64,000 bases of DNA from an uncultured virus (IMG/VR IMGVR_UViG_3300036760_001400) (IMGVR_UViG_3300036760_001400), one strand, 5' to 3'. Positions 1-9,789 are shown, numbered from the stretch's first letter. A program made the numbers and translations. The notes: generated from the sequence alone by a model not told the origin.

Positions 1-4
1 CGAC

Positions 5-352
5 GTGGTTATCTCTACCGAGATGCTGGAGCACGCGGAAAACTGGAGGTCATCCATCAGCAACATGAAGCGTGCCCTGAAATCCCTCGGACTTATTGTC
101 ATCACGACACGCTCTCCAGGATTCCCTTACCATGGGCACCCTGGAGATTATTGGAGGTTTACAAGGAACATCATGTCAGAAGTCTTCTCCGACATGAGTA
201 TAAAGATCCTTGTTGACGATCCCCTGAGGGGATTCCCTGGAATCTTCATGAAGGCTTGGAAGGCAAAGGGAATCAAGGAAGTAGACCTCACTTCCATCAG
301 CGCCATTCCCGCTCCACCGGATCCTGCCCGTGAAAATAAGGATCAGCGGTAA
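5..352 (+). CDS. SAM-dependent methyltransferase, C-terminal part (gene probably starts before the window)
   Basis: EMLEH...LIVITT...FPYHGHPGDYWRFT is typical of type 11 methyltransferases. Confidence 0.7.
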   Translation: MVISTEMLEHAENWRSSISNMKRALKSLGLIVITTRSPGFPYHGHPGDYWRFTRNIMSEVFSDMSIKILVDDPLRGFPGIFMKAWKAKGIKEVDLTSISAIPAPPDPARENKDQR

Positions 353-566
353 AAATCCAGACGGTAAACATCACATACTCTATACTCCAGAAGGGATGTC
401 AAACCAACTTCTTGAGGAGTTATGGAGTCTTTCTGAAGACAAGGCAATCGAGTACCCGATCTCATTGAAGCTCGGGACAACGACCGCTTATATAGAAGAC
501 AGGAGCTACCTTCTATCGTTTCTCTGTGGACTTCAGACTGGGTTTGAAATGAACCGTGTTTTTTAG
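330..566 (+). CDS. hypothetical protein
   Basis: 78-aa ORF overlapping the upstream gene. Confidence 0.5.
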   Translation: MKIRISGKNPDGKHHILYTPEGMSNQLLEELWSLSEDKAIEYPISLKLGTTTAYIEDRSYLLSFLCGLQTGFEMNRVF

Positions 567-603
567 GAGTCGGCCCTAAAGGCGGACTCCCCTCACTCTA
601 CAC

Positions 604-637
604 AGCCAGGGTGGATCCCTAGGGATCCACCCTGGCT
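604..637. repeat. perfect 34-bp palindrome, intergenic
   Basis: AGCCAGGGTGGATCCCT followed by its exact reverse complement AGGGATCCACCCTGGCT, no loop. Confidence 0.9.
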
Positions 638-658
638 CATTATTACACAGGAGACGCT

Positions 659-982
659 ATGGAAAAAGAGACTCTAGCGAATCGATGCTTCAAAATCGGT
701 GAGCAAGCAGGCCTGAAACTCATCGACACGCTCATCCGGAAGGTAAAGAAGGAACATCCCAAACCGAACCGTGTTGAAGGGCTAAGCGCCCTTCTGGCGG
801 GCATTTCCTCATGTCTCCTGTTCAGGGGACATCGGGAAATAGAGCGGATGCTGTTCGAGGAAAAGATGGAGATCAAGACTGCAGACCAATGGATGCAGGC
901 GACGATCTCGAAAGTGATCGAGGCTCTTGAAAGGGATAAGGTTCCCGTTGAAGCGAGGTTTTTTATCGGGAGGAAAAAATGA
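659..982 (+). CDS. hypothetical protein
   Basis: AGGAG Shine-Dalgarno before the ATG; 107 aa. Confidence 0.7.
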   Translation: MEKETLANRCFKIGEQAGLKLIDTLIRKVKKEHPKPNRVEGLSALLAGISSCLLFRGHREIERMLFEEKMEIKTADQWMQATISKVIEALERDKVPVEARFFIGRKK

Positions 983-1060
983 CCCGATGACTTGAAGTCA
1001 CCCCCCCCGTCACACCGACCTGTACTTCTTTTTTCACTCTTTTTATTCAAGGAGATCCCC

Positions 1061-1519
1061 ATGTCAAACCCTGTCATTGTCCCCATTTCCGAGTGGGACT
1101 CGAACTCGAAATGCCATAAGTGCGAATCTCAGGGAGACGACCTCTCGATCATCTGGATCAAGACCGGAGAGGGAAAGGTGAACGGGGTCGATTACGCCTT
1201 CGAGGACATGAGGAAGGGCGTTCCCTACGAGCACCTCATGTATTCCTGCAAGGTATGTGGTTACCAGTGGCTTTCGGAAACATCCGACTCTAGCGACCGG
1301 TCCGAAGCCATGGATAAGGAATCCGTAGCTGAGGACCTGAAAGCAAAGGACGCCGAAGCCATGACTCCCGATGAAGAAACGCCCAGCGTGTCGGAAGGTA
1401 AGGCTGAACCTTCCATCAAAGGTCATCTCAGAAGGATGATGTCCCTCCGCTCTCGGCCAGCCTTTCCTCGACCTGGAAAGGGCTCGGGTACACCAAGCAT
1501 TCCTGACATCAGCATGTAA
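1061..1519 (+). CDS. zinc-ribbon protein (CHKC...CKVC) with low-complexity tail
   Basis: AAGGAG SD before ATG 1061; two CxxC pairs. Confidence 0.6.
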   Translation: MSNPVIVPISEWDSNSKCHKCESQGDDLSIIWIKTGEGKVNGVDYAFEDMRKGVPYEHLMYSCKVCGYQWLSETSDSSDRSEAMDKESVAEDLKAKDAEAMTPDEETPSVSEGKAEPSIKGHLRRMMSLRSRPAFPRPGKGSGTPSIPDISM

Positions 1520-1550
1520 TGGCCAACCTTCCAACTTAAGGAAAGATCCA

Positions 1551-2705
1551 GTGGATGAAACTCATGTCTTCCAGTCTGAAAACGAACTGAAGTATTTCCA
1601 GCACAAGCTCTTCCTGAAGTCCATGGGGAATGACTTCTACGCCACCTCTATTGGGAGAATCCCCGGCTTCGAAATCGATCCGAAGATCCCGATCGAAGAA
1701 ATCCTCAAGCTCTTCGATAAATTGGAATCAAGCTTAGAAGTCATCTACAGGCAGGTGAGCGGACCTAAGAACTCCAGTTATTTCCTTAAGGGTTTCGATT
1801 CGACCGTCTTCGTGATGGCTGAATTAAGGGACACGCGTCTAAGCTGCGATGTCATCTCATCATCTCTGCCGGCAGGCAAGGTTGTAAATGAGATGCTGAA
1901 GACCTTGGAGCCTGTCGCCTTCAAGAACAAGAATGAGCCTGGAGTCTGGATCGATGTCACCTACTGGAATGATGAAGAGGTCTGTCATTCCAAGCAGTTC
2001 ATACGATGCCCGTACTGGAACGATATCCGTATGAATTACGCCGCTTCCTCCCAGAAGAAGGTCGAGGCCCTGATGGGGCTCAAAGAACCTTATCATCACG
2101 GGAAGATCGTCATCTGGAACGGACTTCCTGGAACCGGAAAGACCTTTGCAATCCGATCCATCATGATGCATTGGAAAGACCAGTTCCAGTATACGGTGAT
2201 TTCTGATCCAGAGATCTTCGCTCAAAACCCGGCTTACTATCATGCGATTGCCGGGGATTCCGAAGGCCAGTATGAGTACGGGGATCACGGGGAACCTACC
2301 CGTGTAAAAGCGAACAGGAAGCGAAGCGTCTTCATCATGGAGGACTCGGCTGATCTCATCATCAGCGAATCTCGTTCCAATCATTTCGACAAGATTGGGA
2401 AGCTCCTCAATATGACCGACGGCTTGATCGGACAGGGAAGAGAGGACGTGTTCTTGATCACATTCAACGAGCAGATCCAGGCTATCGACAAAGCGTTCCT
2501 TCGGCCTGGACGATGCATCATGCAGCACGAGTTCTCCCCCTTCTCGGTCAGCGAGGCCAACGAGTGGATGGCAGCAAAGAGTTCGGCGTATAGGTTCGCT
2601 CAGAGGCATGGGAACGAGATCACGCTGGCGGAAATGTATTCCAAGCTGAGCTCGGAAGACACCGGGAGGAGCGACCCAAAGGAAGCTAGGATTTCGATCA
2701 TTTGA
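1551..2705 (+). CDS. AAA+ ATPase
   Basis: Walker A GLPGTGKT, Walker B-like FIMEDS, LLNMTDG and second-region DKAFLRPGRC. Confidence 0.85.
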   Translation: MDETHVFQSENELKYFQHKLFLKSMGNDFYATSIGRIPGFEIDPKIPIEEILKLFDKLESSLEVIYRQVSGPKNSSYFLKGFDSTVFVMAELRDTRLSCDVISSSLPAGKVVNEMLKTLEPVAFKNKNEPGVWIDVTYWNDEEVCHSKQFIRCPYWNDIRMNYAASSQKKVEALMGLKEPYHHGKIVIWNGLPGTGKTFAIRSIMMHWKDQFQYTVISDPEIFAQNPAYYHAIAGDSEGQYEYGDHGEPTRVKANRKRSVFIMEDSADLIISESRSNHFDKIGKLLNMTDGLIGQGREDVFLITFNEQIQAIDKAFLRPGRCIMQHEFSPFSVSEANEWMAAKSSAYRFAQRHGNEITLAEMYSKLSSEDTGRSDPKEARISII

Positions 2706-2719
2706 CACGGAGGTTGGTT

Positions 2720-2857
2720 ATGCCTAACTGGAAAGACTGGGTGGTGAAGATACTCGCCACCCTCATCCTTCTCGCTGGAACAGGAGAGCTGTCCAAGATG
2801 TCCAGGGATGTCGTAAAGGGAAAGTTCATGAAAGCCATTGAAAGGATTCTTCCGTGA
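2720..2857 (+). CDS. small membrane protein, 45 aa (not in the ORF track)
   Basis: GGAGG SD; MPNWKDWVVKILATLILLAG...; stop overlaps the next GTG (GTGA). Confidence 0.5.
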   Translation: MPNWKDWVVKILATLILLAGTGELSKMSRDVVKGKFMKAIERILP

Positions 2858-3078
2858 CGATCGAGATACGCTACGAGGAAAAAGGTCGCAAGAAGGTGAC
2901 CTACGATCCCCTCAATCCGAGGATCTATACCGAAGAGTGGAAGTGCCATGAGTGCCAGACGTGGATCGATCAGGATGAAATAGTCTGGGCCATGGAGAAC
3001 GGAACGCTTTCGACAGACCGTGGTAATCCATACTGCGTGGAATGCTGTCCACAGGAGGAACCCAGTGCCGGAAAATGA
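2854..3078 (+). CDS. small zinc-finger protein
   Basis: CHEC...CVEC. Confidence 0.6.
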   Translation: MTIEIRYEEKGRKKVTYDPLNPRIYTEEWKCHECQTWIDQDEIVWAMENGTLSTDRGNPYCVECCPQEEPSAGK

Positions 3079-3367
3079 AGTGGTCTACACCATCACCTGG
3101 TATGACCGGACGGACGAAAGACTCCCTAAGGATCCGGTCTGCGACTACTGCAGTTCACCCCTTGAAGTATTCCCCGTCCCTGTCCTTACGGACAGGGACG
3201 GACTCGACCCTCATGCCCTCTGCGAAGTGTGCACAAACAGATCGTTTATCAAGGAGGGAGATGATGAGTATTTCGAGACCCTGGAGTACCAGATTGACCT
3301 TAAAAAGGCAGGGGAGCAGGGTGTTGATTTCGGAGGAAGGAAGCGTACAAGGAGAGAGAGCCCGTGA
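3065..3367 (+). CDS. small zinc-finger protein
   Basis: CDYC...CEVC; AGGAGG SD before GTG 3065. Confidence 0.55.
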   Translation: MPENEVVYTITWYDRTDERLPKDPVCDYCSSPLEVFPVPVLTDRDGLDPHALCEVCTNRSFIKEGDDEYFETLEYQIDLKKAGEQGVDFGGRKRTRRESP

Positions 3368-3562
3368 ACTTCACCATCTTTGGAATCCCTTTTCACATCT
3401 GCCAGGATGAGATCCAGCAGATAGCCCTCATAGGCCCGTTTCTCGCCGGCACAATTGCCATCTTGATCAGACGCTTCAAGAAAAAAAGACAGTGTTCGGG
3501 AAAGTGAAGTTCATCCGGCCATAAGGGTAGAGCTATCATCTGACTTAGAGATAGGAGGAGCA

Positions 3563-3994
3563 GTGTTACACAACAGGTTCACCGTAAACAACTTCTGCCC
3601 AGGCTTCAGAGACGATGAGGAGGGGCCAAGGTGCTTTTCCATCCTGATGTCTCAAGATACGGCGAAGCGGTACATGAAGATGATGGACCTCTTTCTGAAT
3701 ATACAGAAGGTCGATCCATCAATCAAAAGCCTTACGTTCAGCGAGAACAAAGGTTCGTACCACAGTTACTTTCCTGATGAAGCAAATATTTCCTCAGAGC
3801 CTGTAGACCCATGGGATGATAGCCAATTCGAAACGGGATGTGTTGTGGTAACAGATGGGGGCGTTTACTTCACCAGCTTTTTTTCCGATGACACTTCAGG
3901 AGCATCCGTTATCATGGAAAGTGACCTGATCACAAAATCGGAGATCGAGACTCTAGCCAATAGGGTTATCACCCTAAGTCAGGAGAACGCATGA
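3563..3994 (+). CDS. hypothetical protein
   Basis: AGGAGG SD; 143 aa; ATGA coupling to the next gene. Confidence 0.65.
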   Translation: MLHNRFTVNNFCPGFRDDEEGPRCFSILMSQDTAKRYMKMMDLFLNIQKVDPSIKSLTFSENKGSYHSYFPDEANISSEPVDPWDDSQFETGCVVVTDGGVYFTSFFSDDTSGASVIMESDLITKSEIETLANRVITLSQENA

Positions 3995-4278
3995 ACCATT
4001 CGTTGGATGTGAAGAAGCGAGCCATTCGAATGTCGAGGGCTTTCAGCCAGGCGGTGACCTTCAAGCTGAGGGTTCTGGGGAAATCATTCTCCTGGCTGGC
4101 TAAAAAATCAAACGTCTCAAGAGCCAACGTCTCCTTTCATATGTCCGGAAAGAAGCCGGTGACAATGACGACGATGGCGAAGTATGAGAAGGCTCTAGGG
4201 GTTACGTGGCTTATCGTAGCCTTTAGTCCCGAAGGAGAAAAAACCCGAGGATCACCAGCCCGACGCCTCCGGCGATGA
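3991..4278 (+). CDS. XRE/Cro-like helix-turn-helix protein
   Basis: SFSWLAKKSNVSRANVSFHMSGKKPVTMTTMAKYEKALGV fits the XRE HTH pattern. Confidence 0.75.
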   Translation: MNHSLDVKKRAIRMSRAFSQAVTFKLRVLGKSFSWLAKKSNVSRANVSFHMSGKKPVTMTTMAKYEKALGVTWLIVAFSPEGEKTRGSPARRLRR

Positions 4279-5062
4279 ACAAAGGGTTGATGCTGCTGGA
4301 GGTTTCAAAGGGGGCGATTGTACCGGAGCTCGTAATCACGCCAGAATTGTCCGGTACATAAGGACCTGGAGACCCCGGAAGAGTCGATGCCACTTTGGCC
4401 AGCGTATCCTGCTGCTGAGGAATCGTCATGGCAACGAAGCTGTCGCGGCTGACCCCGTGCTCTTCCATGCTGGGTTTATTCTTATCGTAAATGACGATGT
4501 TCAGAAACCGCGTCTTGTCCTCGATCGACAGCTTCCCCCACTTATCCGGAGTCATCTGGTATGCGGAAGTGAAGTAGACTTCCCCGCTCTTGTAAGCCTT
4601 GTCGAGGGCTTTATTGGCTTCAGCATTCGCGACGACTTCTTCTTTGGCTATCTCAGCTTCTTCACTGGCGGAGACCTTCTTCATCTTCCTCTTTGCATCC
4701 TTGGCCTGCTTCATGGCAATAGCCGTAGCAGCCGCGCTGATGGCCAGGCTCACGAGAACTCCAAGTCCTGGAACGAGAAGGTTGAGGACCTGGGCTGCGA
4801 TGGAAAGGAAGGGGGCAGCCTTCAGGAAGAACTTCGTTGTCATGTACCTGCGGATGGGAGGAGGCAGCTTCTTTACGATTCTCCGGTGAAGCTGCATGGT
4901 AGGTTGGAAGGCCTGCTTGAGCCTGTCTTTGAACGATATCCCAAGGCCATCGATATCAGACAGCCCGGAGAACAAGGCAGGGCGGGAGACAATGAGGCTC
5001 AGGACATCATGATCGCTGAGCCACTCGAGATTCTCGAACCCCTTGTTCTCAAGGACAATCAA
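4223..5062 (-). CDS. putative virion membrane protein
   Basis: likely TTG start coupled to the upstream TGA; internal hydrophobic segment; C-terminal TM (FIAGGVGLVILGFFLL); DGLG motif. Confidence 0.6.
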   Translation of the reverse strand: MIVLENKGFENLEWLSDHDVLSLIVSRPALFSGLSDIDGLGISFKDRLKQAFQPTMQLHRRIVKKLPPPIRRYMTTKFFLKAAPFLSIAAQVLNLLVPGLGVLVSLAISAAATAIAMKQAKDAKRKMKKVSASEEAEIAKEEVVANAEANKALDKAYKSGEVYFTSAYQMTPDKWGKLSIEDKTRFLNIVIYDKNKPSMEEHGVSRDSFVAMTIPQQQDTLAKVASTLPGSPGPYVPDNSGVITSSGTIAPFETSSSINPLFIAGGVGLVILGFFLLRD

Positions 5063-5607
5063 GCCTTGGCCTTCCTCTTCTTCCAGTAGATGTATCCACC
5101 GATGGCAATGGCAACCGCGCCTCCAACCCACAAGGTCCAGTTCGACCCGGTCATTTCCGTAGGGGCAAGAGTGGGGGAACCTTTCTTCTTTGGCGTGGGA
5201 CCGGTATCAGCGGCAGGAGCCTGACCGCCCTCTTCCCCTTCCTCGCCCTCCTCGGGAGCTCCCTCTTCTTCAGAGGCTTCTGGGTAGGAATCGGGAGCGC
5301 TGCCGCCTCCTTTAGAACCTCCGCCACCCCCAGAAGGCCCAGACGGATCGTAGTAAGGCTCTGGAGCGGGATTCAGAGTCTCGTCCACTGCGACCGATGC
5401 TCCGCCACCACTATGCTTCTTCTTCTGTGGGCGGATCAGCCTGTGAAGAGGGTTTATCTTTCTGTGCATCTTCGAGAGCATGCGAAGAGGGGAAAGTTTC
5501 TTGAGCTTCTTGAAGAAGCTCTTCTTCCCAAGTCCTTCCGCCTCTCCAGCCTCGCCGAGACTGTAGAGGGCGAACTGTTCGAGTCCCATGTCTTCCCGGA
5601 TGACCAT
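5059..5607 (-). CDS. putative virion membrane protein
   Basis: EGLG then a basic amphipathic segment, acidic/Gly linker, C-terminal TM and basic tail. Confidence 0.65.
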   Translation of the reverse strand: MVIREDMGLEQFALYSLGEAGEAEGLGKKSFFKKLKKLSPLRMLSKMHRKINPLHRLIRPQKKKHSGGGASVAVDETLNPAPEPYYDPSGPSGGGGGSKGGGSAPDSYPEASEEEGAPEEGEEGEEGGQAPAADTGPTPKKKGSPTLAPTEMTGSNWTLWVGGAVAIAIGGYIYWKKRKAKA

Positions 5608-5615
5608 GACGCCTC

Positions 5616-6452
5616 CTAGATGACGTTAACCCTGATCTTTTCTGGACGGATGATCTTACCACGCCTGGCTCTTGCCCCAACCTGGGCCAGCACAAAAAGA
5701 AGCTCGTCGGCAAGGTCGTGAGCCGTACGCTCGTTGACCGATCCTTCCAAAGCCTTCTTCCTGAACTTCTCTATAACGGAGGAAAGAATGATCCGGGCAC
5801 CCTGAGGAATGTCCCCAGCCGTGGCCGCAAGGGCGATATTTTCAAGGAGGGTCAGAAGATCGCGCTTCATGCCTTCCTTGAAAAGGCGTTCACTCTCGGA
5901 CCTCTCGACCGCGATCCCGAAATCGATGATCACCGCGCCTGTCGGGGTGAGGAGGATGTTCCTGGCTTCCAGATCTCGGTGGGCAATGCCCTCCGTGTGG
6001 ATCTTAGAAACCATGAGTGCCGTCGCGACGACGACGGAAAGGATTTCCCTTGCCTCAAGCCCTTTCTTGGAGAGGATCTTAAGCATCGATTCCCCAAGAG
6101 CATCCTCTTGGACAAAATAGTCCGATCCCACCTCGATCAGGCGCGGGATGAAAGGAAAAGCCTGAAGCTTGCCAAGAATGACGAATTCCCTGTAAAGCGC
6201 CTCGTAAGCCTCTCTCATCGAGACAACGCCCCGCTCCCCGTGGGCTGTCTTGACAATGACCTTATCCCTTCCGAGGATCGCCGAATAGGCTTTTCCGAAG
6301 GACCCCTGTCCAAGGAACTTGATGTCCTTGAATCTTCTCTTGGACTTCTCCCAGGGATACTCCGCCCTTTCCACCTTGGGCAGATTGATCCTCATCCTGG
6401 GCATGGCCTGCCCAAGGAGCGGTATAGCGGTAATGGCGGCCATATCAGGCAT
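5616..6452 (-). CDS. Hanks-type Ser/Thr protein kinase
   Basis: LGQGSFG loop, VIVK, HRDLEARNILL catalytic loop, DFG. Confidence 0.9.
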   Translation of the reverse strand: MPDMAAITAIPLLGQAMPRMRINLPKVERAEYPWEKSKRRFKDIKFLGQGSFGKAYSAILGRDKVIVKTAHGERGVVSMREAYEALYREFVILGKLQAFPFIPRLIEVGSDYFVQEDALGESMLKILSKKGLEAREILSVVVATALMVSKIHTEGIAHRDLEARNILLTPTGAVIIDFGIAVERSESERLFKEGMKRDLLTLLENIALAATAGDIPQGARIILSSVIEKFRKKALEGSVNERTAHDLADELLFVLAQVGARARRGKIIRPEKIRVNVI

Positions 6453-6711
6453 CGGATACCGTCCGCTTCTTACGAATGCTGACGATGACTACGATGCCGA
6501 TGAGCACGACCCCGGATCCAATGATGTATGGAAGGTAGCTCATCCACCCGTCAGCTTCTCCCGCAGGAGCGATTCCGGGAATCGAGCCGTCTTTTGCAAC
6601 TCCCCCGGGAGCCGGGATTGAGAAGGGCGACTTGATAGACAGGGGGAGAGCCGACTTCTTTTTCTTCTTCCCGAAGAGATTCTTGAGCGAGAACCCAAGG
6701 TCGTCCATCAC
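6445..6711 (-). CDS. small membrane protein
   Basis: DDLG-FSLK N-terminus; C-terminal TM followed by RKKR. Confidence 0.65.
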   Translation of the reverse strand: MMDDLGFSLKNLFGKKKKKSALPLSIKSPFSIPAPGGVAKDGSIPGIAPAGEADGWMSYLPYIIGSGVVLIGIVVIVSIRKKRTVSDA

Positions 6712-6716
6712 CTCTC

Positions 6717-7193
6717 CTAGTCGCCGAAGAGAAGCCAGGTACCCACAAGAAGGATTATAGCTCCCCCGATGATAAGATACTCCTTCGGAATGGGCTCAGT
6801 GACCACATGAACACCGCTTCCGCAGGAAATGAGAGTTTTCCCGCTGTCATCAAAGCTCGTGGTAAGCTTCACTGACTTCATGAAGTACTCACCCACCAGC
6901 AGCTGGACATTCGGAATACTCACCGATCCAACCATGACGGGGACCGGTTTCGACGGGGACCCCAAAGAACAACCGGATACTCCTGTGATGGAAATGTTGT
7001 CCACGGTGGACTTGAATCCCACATCACTTCCGGCAATCCCGTTATAGCCTACCGCTTCACCCGTAAGCAGCCCAAGCTGACTGGCGATAGACTTATCGAT
7101 AAAGGCAAAGGTCTCCGCTCCCGTGTCATGGAGGGCGCGGGCAGATATGCTTCGACCTTTGTACGTGATCGTGACCGGAAGGGTGATCTGCAC
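6717..7193 (-). CDS. retropepsin-like aspartic protease with C-terminal membrane anchor
   Basis: ALHDTGAE catalytic motif, LLVGEYFM motif, C-terminal TM. Confidence 0.8.
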   Translation of the reverse strand: MQITLPVTITYKGRSISARALHDTGAETFAFIDKSIASQLGLLTGEAVGYNGIAGSDVGFKSTVDNISITGVSGCSLGSPSKPVPVMVGSVSIPNVQLLVGEYFMKSVKLTTSFDDSGKTLISCGSGVHVVTEPIPKEYLIIGGAIILLVGTWLLFGD

Positions 7194-7196
7194 GCT

Positions 7197-7421
7197 TTAG
7201 AAGAGGCTTGCCTCTTCTTCAGCAGCTCCAAAACCCTTCATTTCATTCGCCTTCATCTTGGGACTTCCGGAAGCCATCAAGGCTGCCTGACGCCCCTTCG
7301 GAACATACCGGAACTCGGAATTCACGATCTTCACATGCCCCCAAACGTGAGCGACCACCTGCCCATTTCCGTTGAGGATGACTCCGGGATGACGACCCCT
7401 GCCTTCAAGACCGATAGCCAT
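7197..7421 (-). CDS. hypothetical protein
   Basis: AAAGGAG SD; KGFG motif near the C-terminus. Confidence 0.55.
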   Translation of the reverse strand: MAIGLEGRGRHPGVILNGNGQVVAHVWGHVKIVNSEFRYVPKGRQAALMASGSPKMKANEMKGFGAAEEEASLF

Positions 7422-7436
7422 GGTGCAATCTCCTTT

Positions 7437-7799
7437 CTATTTCTTAACCCTAAGCATCTTGATCTGTTTCTTGATCGAATGAAGACCTTCTGTTCCATGA
7501 TTCATGGCCGTCATGATGGCCAGCATCTCATCGCACTTCATAAGAGGGAGGATCTTCCCGATCTCCATCATGGCGATCTTACCATCAAAAGATCTCTTTC
7601 CGTGACGGTTTACGATGAGCGCCATCTGAACCGCCTTCTGACCGGCCCATGAGAACTTCGGAAAGAGCATGTAGATGTTCTTTTCATCCTGATGCGAGGA
7701 GCACCCAACCAGTGATTTCATGGCCTTGCCGCTGATGACGGTCCCCTTGGAAAGCTCAACCAAGGCTCCAACCAGCTCAAGTTTCCTGAGTGCTTTCAT
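7437..7799 (-). CDS. hypothetical protein
   Basis: ATGA-coupled ORF in the operon. Confidence 0.55.
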   Translation of the reverse strand: MKALRKLELVGALVELSKGTVISGKAMKSLVGCSSHQDEKNIYMLFPKFSWAGQKAVQMALIVNRHGKRSFDGKIAMMEIGKILPLMKCDEMLAIMTAMNHGTEGLHSIKKQIKMLRVKK

Positions 7800-8032
7800 G
7801 GACGTTTCCAGATGTCGTAGAACATCTTGACGGTCGTGACTCCGAAGAAAACAAGAAATCCAACCGTCAGACCCTGCTGCAGGCCTTCTTTACGAAAGAC
7901 CGAGTATCCGGCAATCGTACCTGAAATGACACCGGACGAAAGAAGGCCAAAAGCATCGCCTGGATTAGAAGATACGGAAGTAGCCTTAACGGCGGGGTCA
8001 CCCTGGGAAAGACCCGCCTTGAACATACTCAT
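7796..8032 (-). CDS. small membrane protein
   Basis: two hydrophobic segments. Confidence 0.55.
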   Translation of the reverse strand: MSMFKAGLSQGDPAVKATSVSSNPGDAFGLLSSGVISGTIAGYSVFRKEGLQQGLTVGFLVFFGVTTVKMFYDIWKRP

Positions 8033-8647
8033 CTATCCACGCTTCCTCATCTGAATCGCGCGCTCCTGTCGGATGGCCTTCCGCTTGGACGAGTGCCGGC
8101 CCAGGACCTTCTTTCCCTTGGAATCCATGAGACACCACTTCTGAGAGCGCCTGGGACGGCTTTTCCTGATCTGCTTGGAGTCACATGGCTCGATAATGCC
8201 AAGCCATCCCAAGCCATCCATGATGTTGTTCTGGTACTTCTTCCAGATGATCCACCCCACGACTCCTGCGATCCCAAGTGGAATAGCCCACTTCAGGACC
8301 GTGTCCACGCTGGTTGAGGCAATCGAAGGTCCTCCGCCAGCCGGAAGATTAAGGGTGACCATGTTGTCCCGGGCTTCATTGGTCGATGAAACCGTAAGCC
8401 CATGAGCTGTCACCACATTTTCCATTCCGGGAACGGCGACCGTGATCGAGCTGACCTTTGGAATCAGGAACGAAGCTACGATGATCCCGTTTCCATCGGC
8501 AGTGCCCCCTTTGACCTTCTTTCCGTCATCATCCAGGAAGGAGACGGGCCCGGAGTAGGGAGCTCCTCCACGGGTGATCCTGGCCGCGAGGAAGGACGTG
8601 TAGCCCTCCCCCTGGTCAAGGCCTGAGATTTCCATGATTTCACCCAT
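8033..8647 (-). CDS. membrane protein: beta-rich ectodomain, TM, basic C-terminal domain
   Basis: TM WAIPLGIAGVVGWIIW; DGLG; basic tail KWCLMDSKGKKVLGRHSSKRKAIRQERAI. Confidence 0.6.
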   Translation of the reverse strand: MGEIMEISGLDQGEGYTSFLAARITRGGAPYSGPVSFLDDDGKKVKGGTADGNGIIVASFLIPKVSSITVAVPGMENVVTAHGLTVSSTNEARDNMVTLNLPAGGGPSIASTSVDTVLKWAIPLGIAGVVGWIIWKKYQNNIMDGLGWLGIIEPCDSKQIRKSRPRRSQKWCLMDSKGKKVLGRHSSKRKAIRQERAIQMRKRG

Positions 8648-9242
8648 TAGGCGTTCTCCTTGCCTTCCAGTAGTTCATGATAACGGGTATGAGAAAGTAC
8701 GCAGCTACGAATGTCCCGACTCCAGTCAAGGCAAGAATCCATGACGGATCGATACCTTTATCCACGCCAGACGAGACGGGTGTTTTCTGTGGGTTGGCTG
8801 GAAAAGATTGAGAAGGGGGAGGGGCTACAGCAGAAGGTTGCTCATTAAGACCTCCGCCCGGCTTCAGAACGATATCAACAACGCTTGATCTATTTGAACT
8901 GAAGGTAAAGGGTACCTGCCAGATGATGGCCCGGTTAACCGGGCCATCTGGATACTGAAGGAGCGGTGTTATTGATACCTTTCGTTCCTTGAATTCAGAG
9001 CTTGGAACATTGACTTCAAGAAGGCCTTGATCGTCTGTCGTTACCCTATAGGAATATTCATAGGATGCGTTATACCCAGGAGGGGCGTAAACGTCAATCC
9101 AGAATGGAGCATTGGAGACAACGGCCCCCCTTGGATCCTTGACCCGGAACATGACGTACATGTACGACGTGTCCCTGAGTCCAAGAACCCTCTCGGAACG
9201 ATCAAAGGCCGTCTTCACTACTTCCTCAGGAAGAGGGCCCAC
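8640..9242 (-). CDS. membrane-anchored beta-sandwich protein
   Basis: FRVKDPRGAVVSNA...TTDDQG resembles a prealbumin-like fold; C-terminal TM. Confidence 0.55.
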   Translation of the reverse strand: MGPLPEEVVKTAFDRSERVLGLRDTSYMYVMFRVKDPRGAVVSNAPFWIDVYAPPGYNASYEYSYRVTTDDQGLLEVNVPSSEFKERKVSITPLLQYPDGPVNRAIIWQVPFTFSSNRSSVVDIVLKPGGGLNEQPSAVAPPPSQSFPANPQKTPVSSGVDKGIDPSWILALTGVGTFVAAYFLIPVIMNYWKARRTPNG

Positions 9243-9457
9243 GCCAGGATTCCAACCCCAAGCACCCCCACCGTAATGGGAACCCAGTCGATCGTAGTCG
9301 ATGTTGGGGCAAGGGTGGCGGGCATCAGGGGCCCAGATGGCGTTGAATCAGGCTTCCTAAGCGTCAGCAAGGCTTCCTTTACCTTGGAGAAAGCGTTTCC
9401 AACTCTATCGGAAACCCCTAGGCCCGAGAACTCGAATGTATCGTTGACCCGGAGCAT
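9218..9457 (-). CDS. small membrane protein
   Basis: FSGLG motif; C-terminal TM. Confidence 0.6.
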   Translation of the reverse strand: MLRVNDTFEFSGLGVSDRVGNAFSKVKEALLTLRKPDSTPSGPLMPATLAPTSTTIDWVPITVGVLGVGILAWALFLRK

Positions 9458-9469
9458 GGCATCCCCTTG

Positions 9470-9775
9470 CTAAGAAACAGCCGCGGGAGCAATCGCGACA
9501 TACACTCTCCTCGCACGCTCCACCTCTTGGGCCATGCCTGCCCCGAACTCTATTTCAAGTACTCCAAGTATCTTTGAGGCCTCGCGAGCCTCCTTCTTGG
9601 CGTGTTTATAGTAGTTCCTCGCCCACTGGTCTTTCCCGGCCCCTCTGGCTTCCCTGTATAAGGAAGCTAGTTTCTCCGCTTTCGTAAGAGTGGCAACAAG
9701 CCTTGCCTTCCACACGTCAATGGCGCGGACTTCCTCTCCAAAGTCAGAATCCGAGACTCGAGGAATCCGAGCCAA
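9470..9775 (-). CDS. hypothetical helical protein
   Basis: GAGGAG SD; starts MARIPRVSDSDFG. Confidence 0.55.
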   Translation of the reverse strand: MARIPRVSDSDFGEEVRAIDVWKARLVATLTKAEKLASLYREARGAGKDQWARNYYKHAKKEAREASKILGVLEIEFGAGMAQEVERARRVYVAIAPAAVS

Positions 9776-9789
9776 TTACCCGCTCCTCG

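Noticed and set aside
3533..3562. CTATC...GATAG inverted repeat before an SD as a ninth copy of the array site
   Set aside because: Too degenerate to call without a scored motif search.
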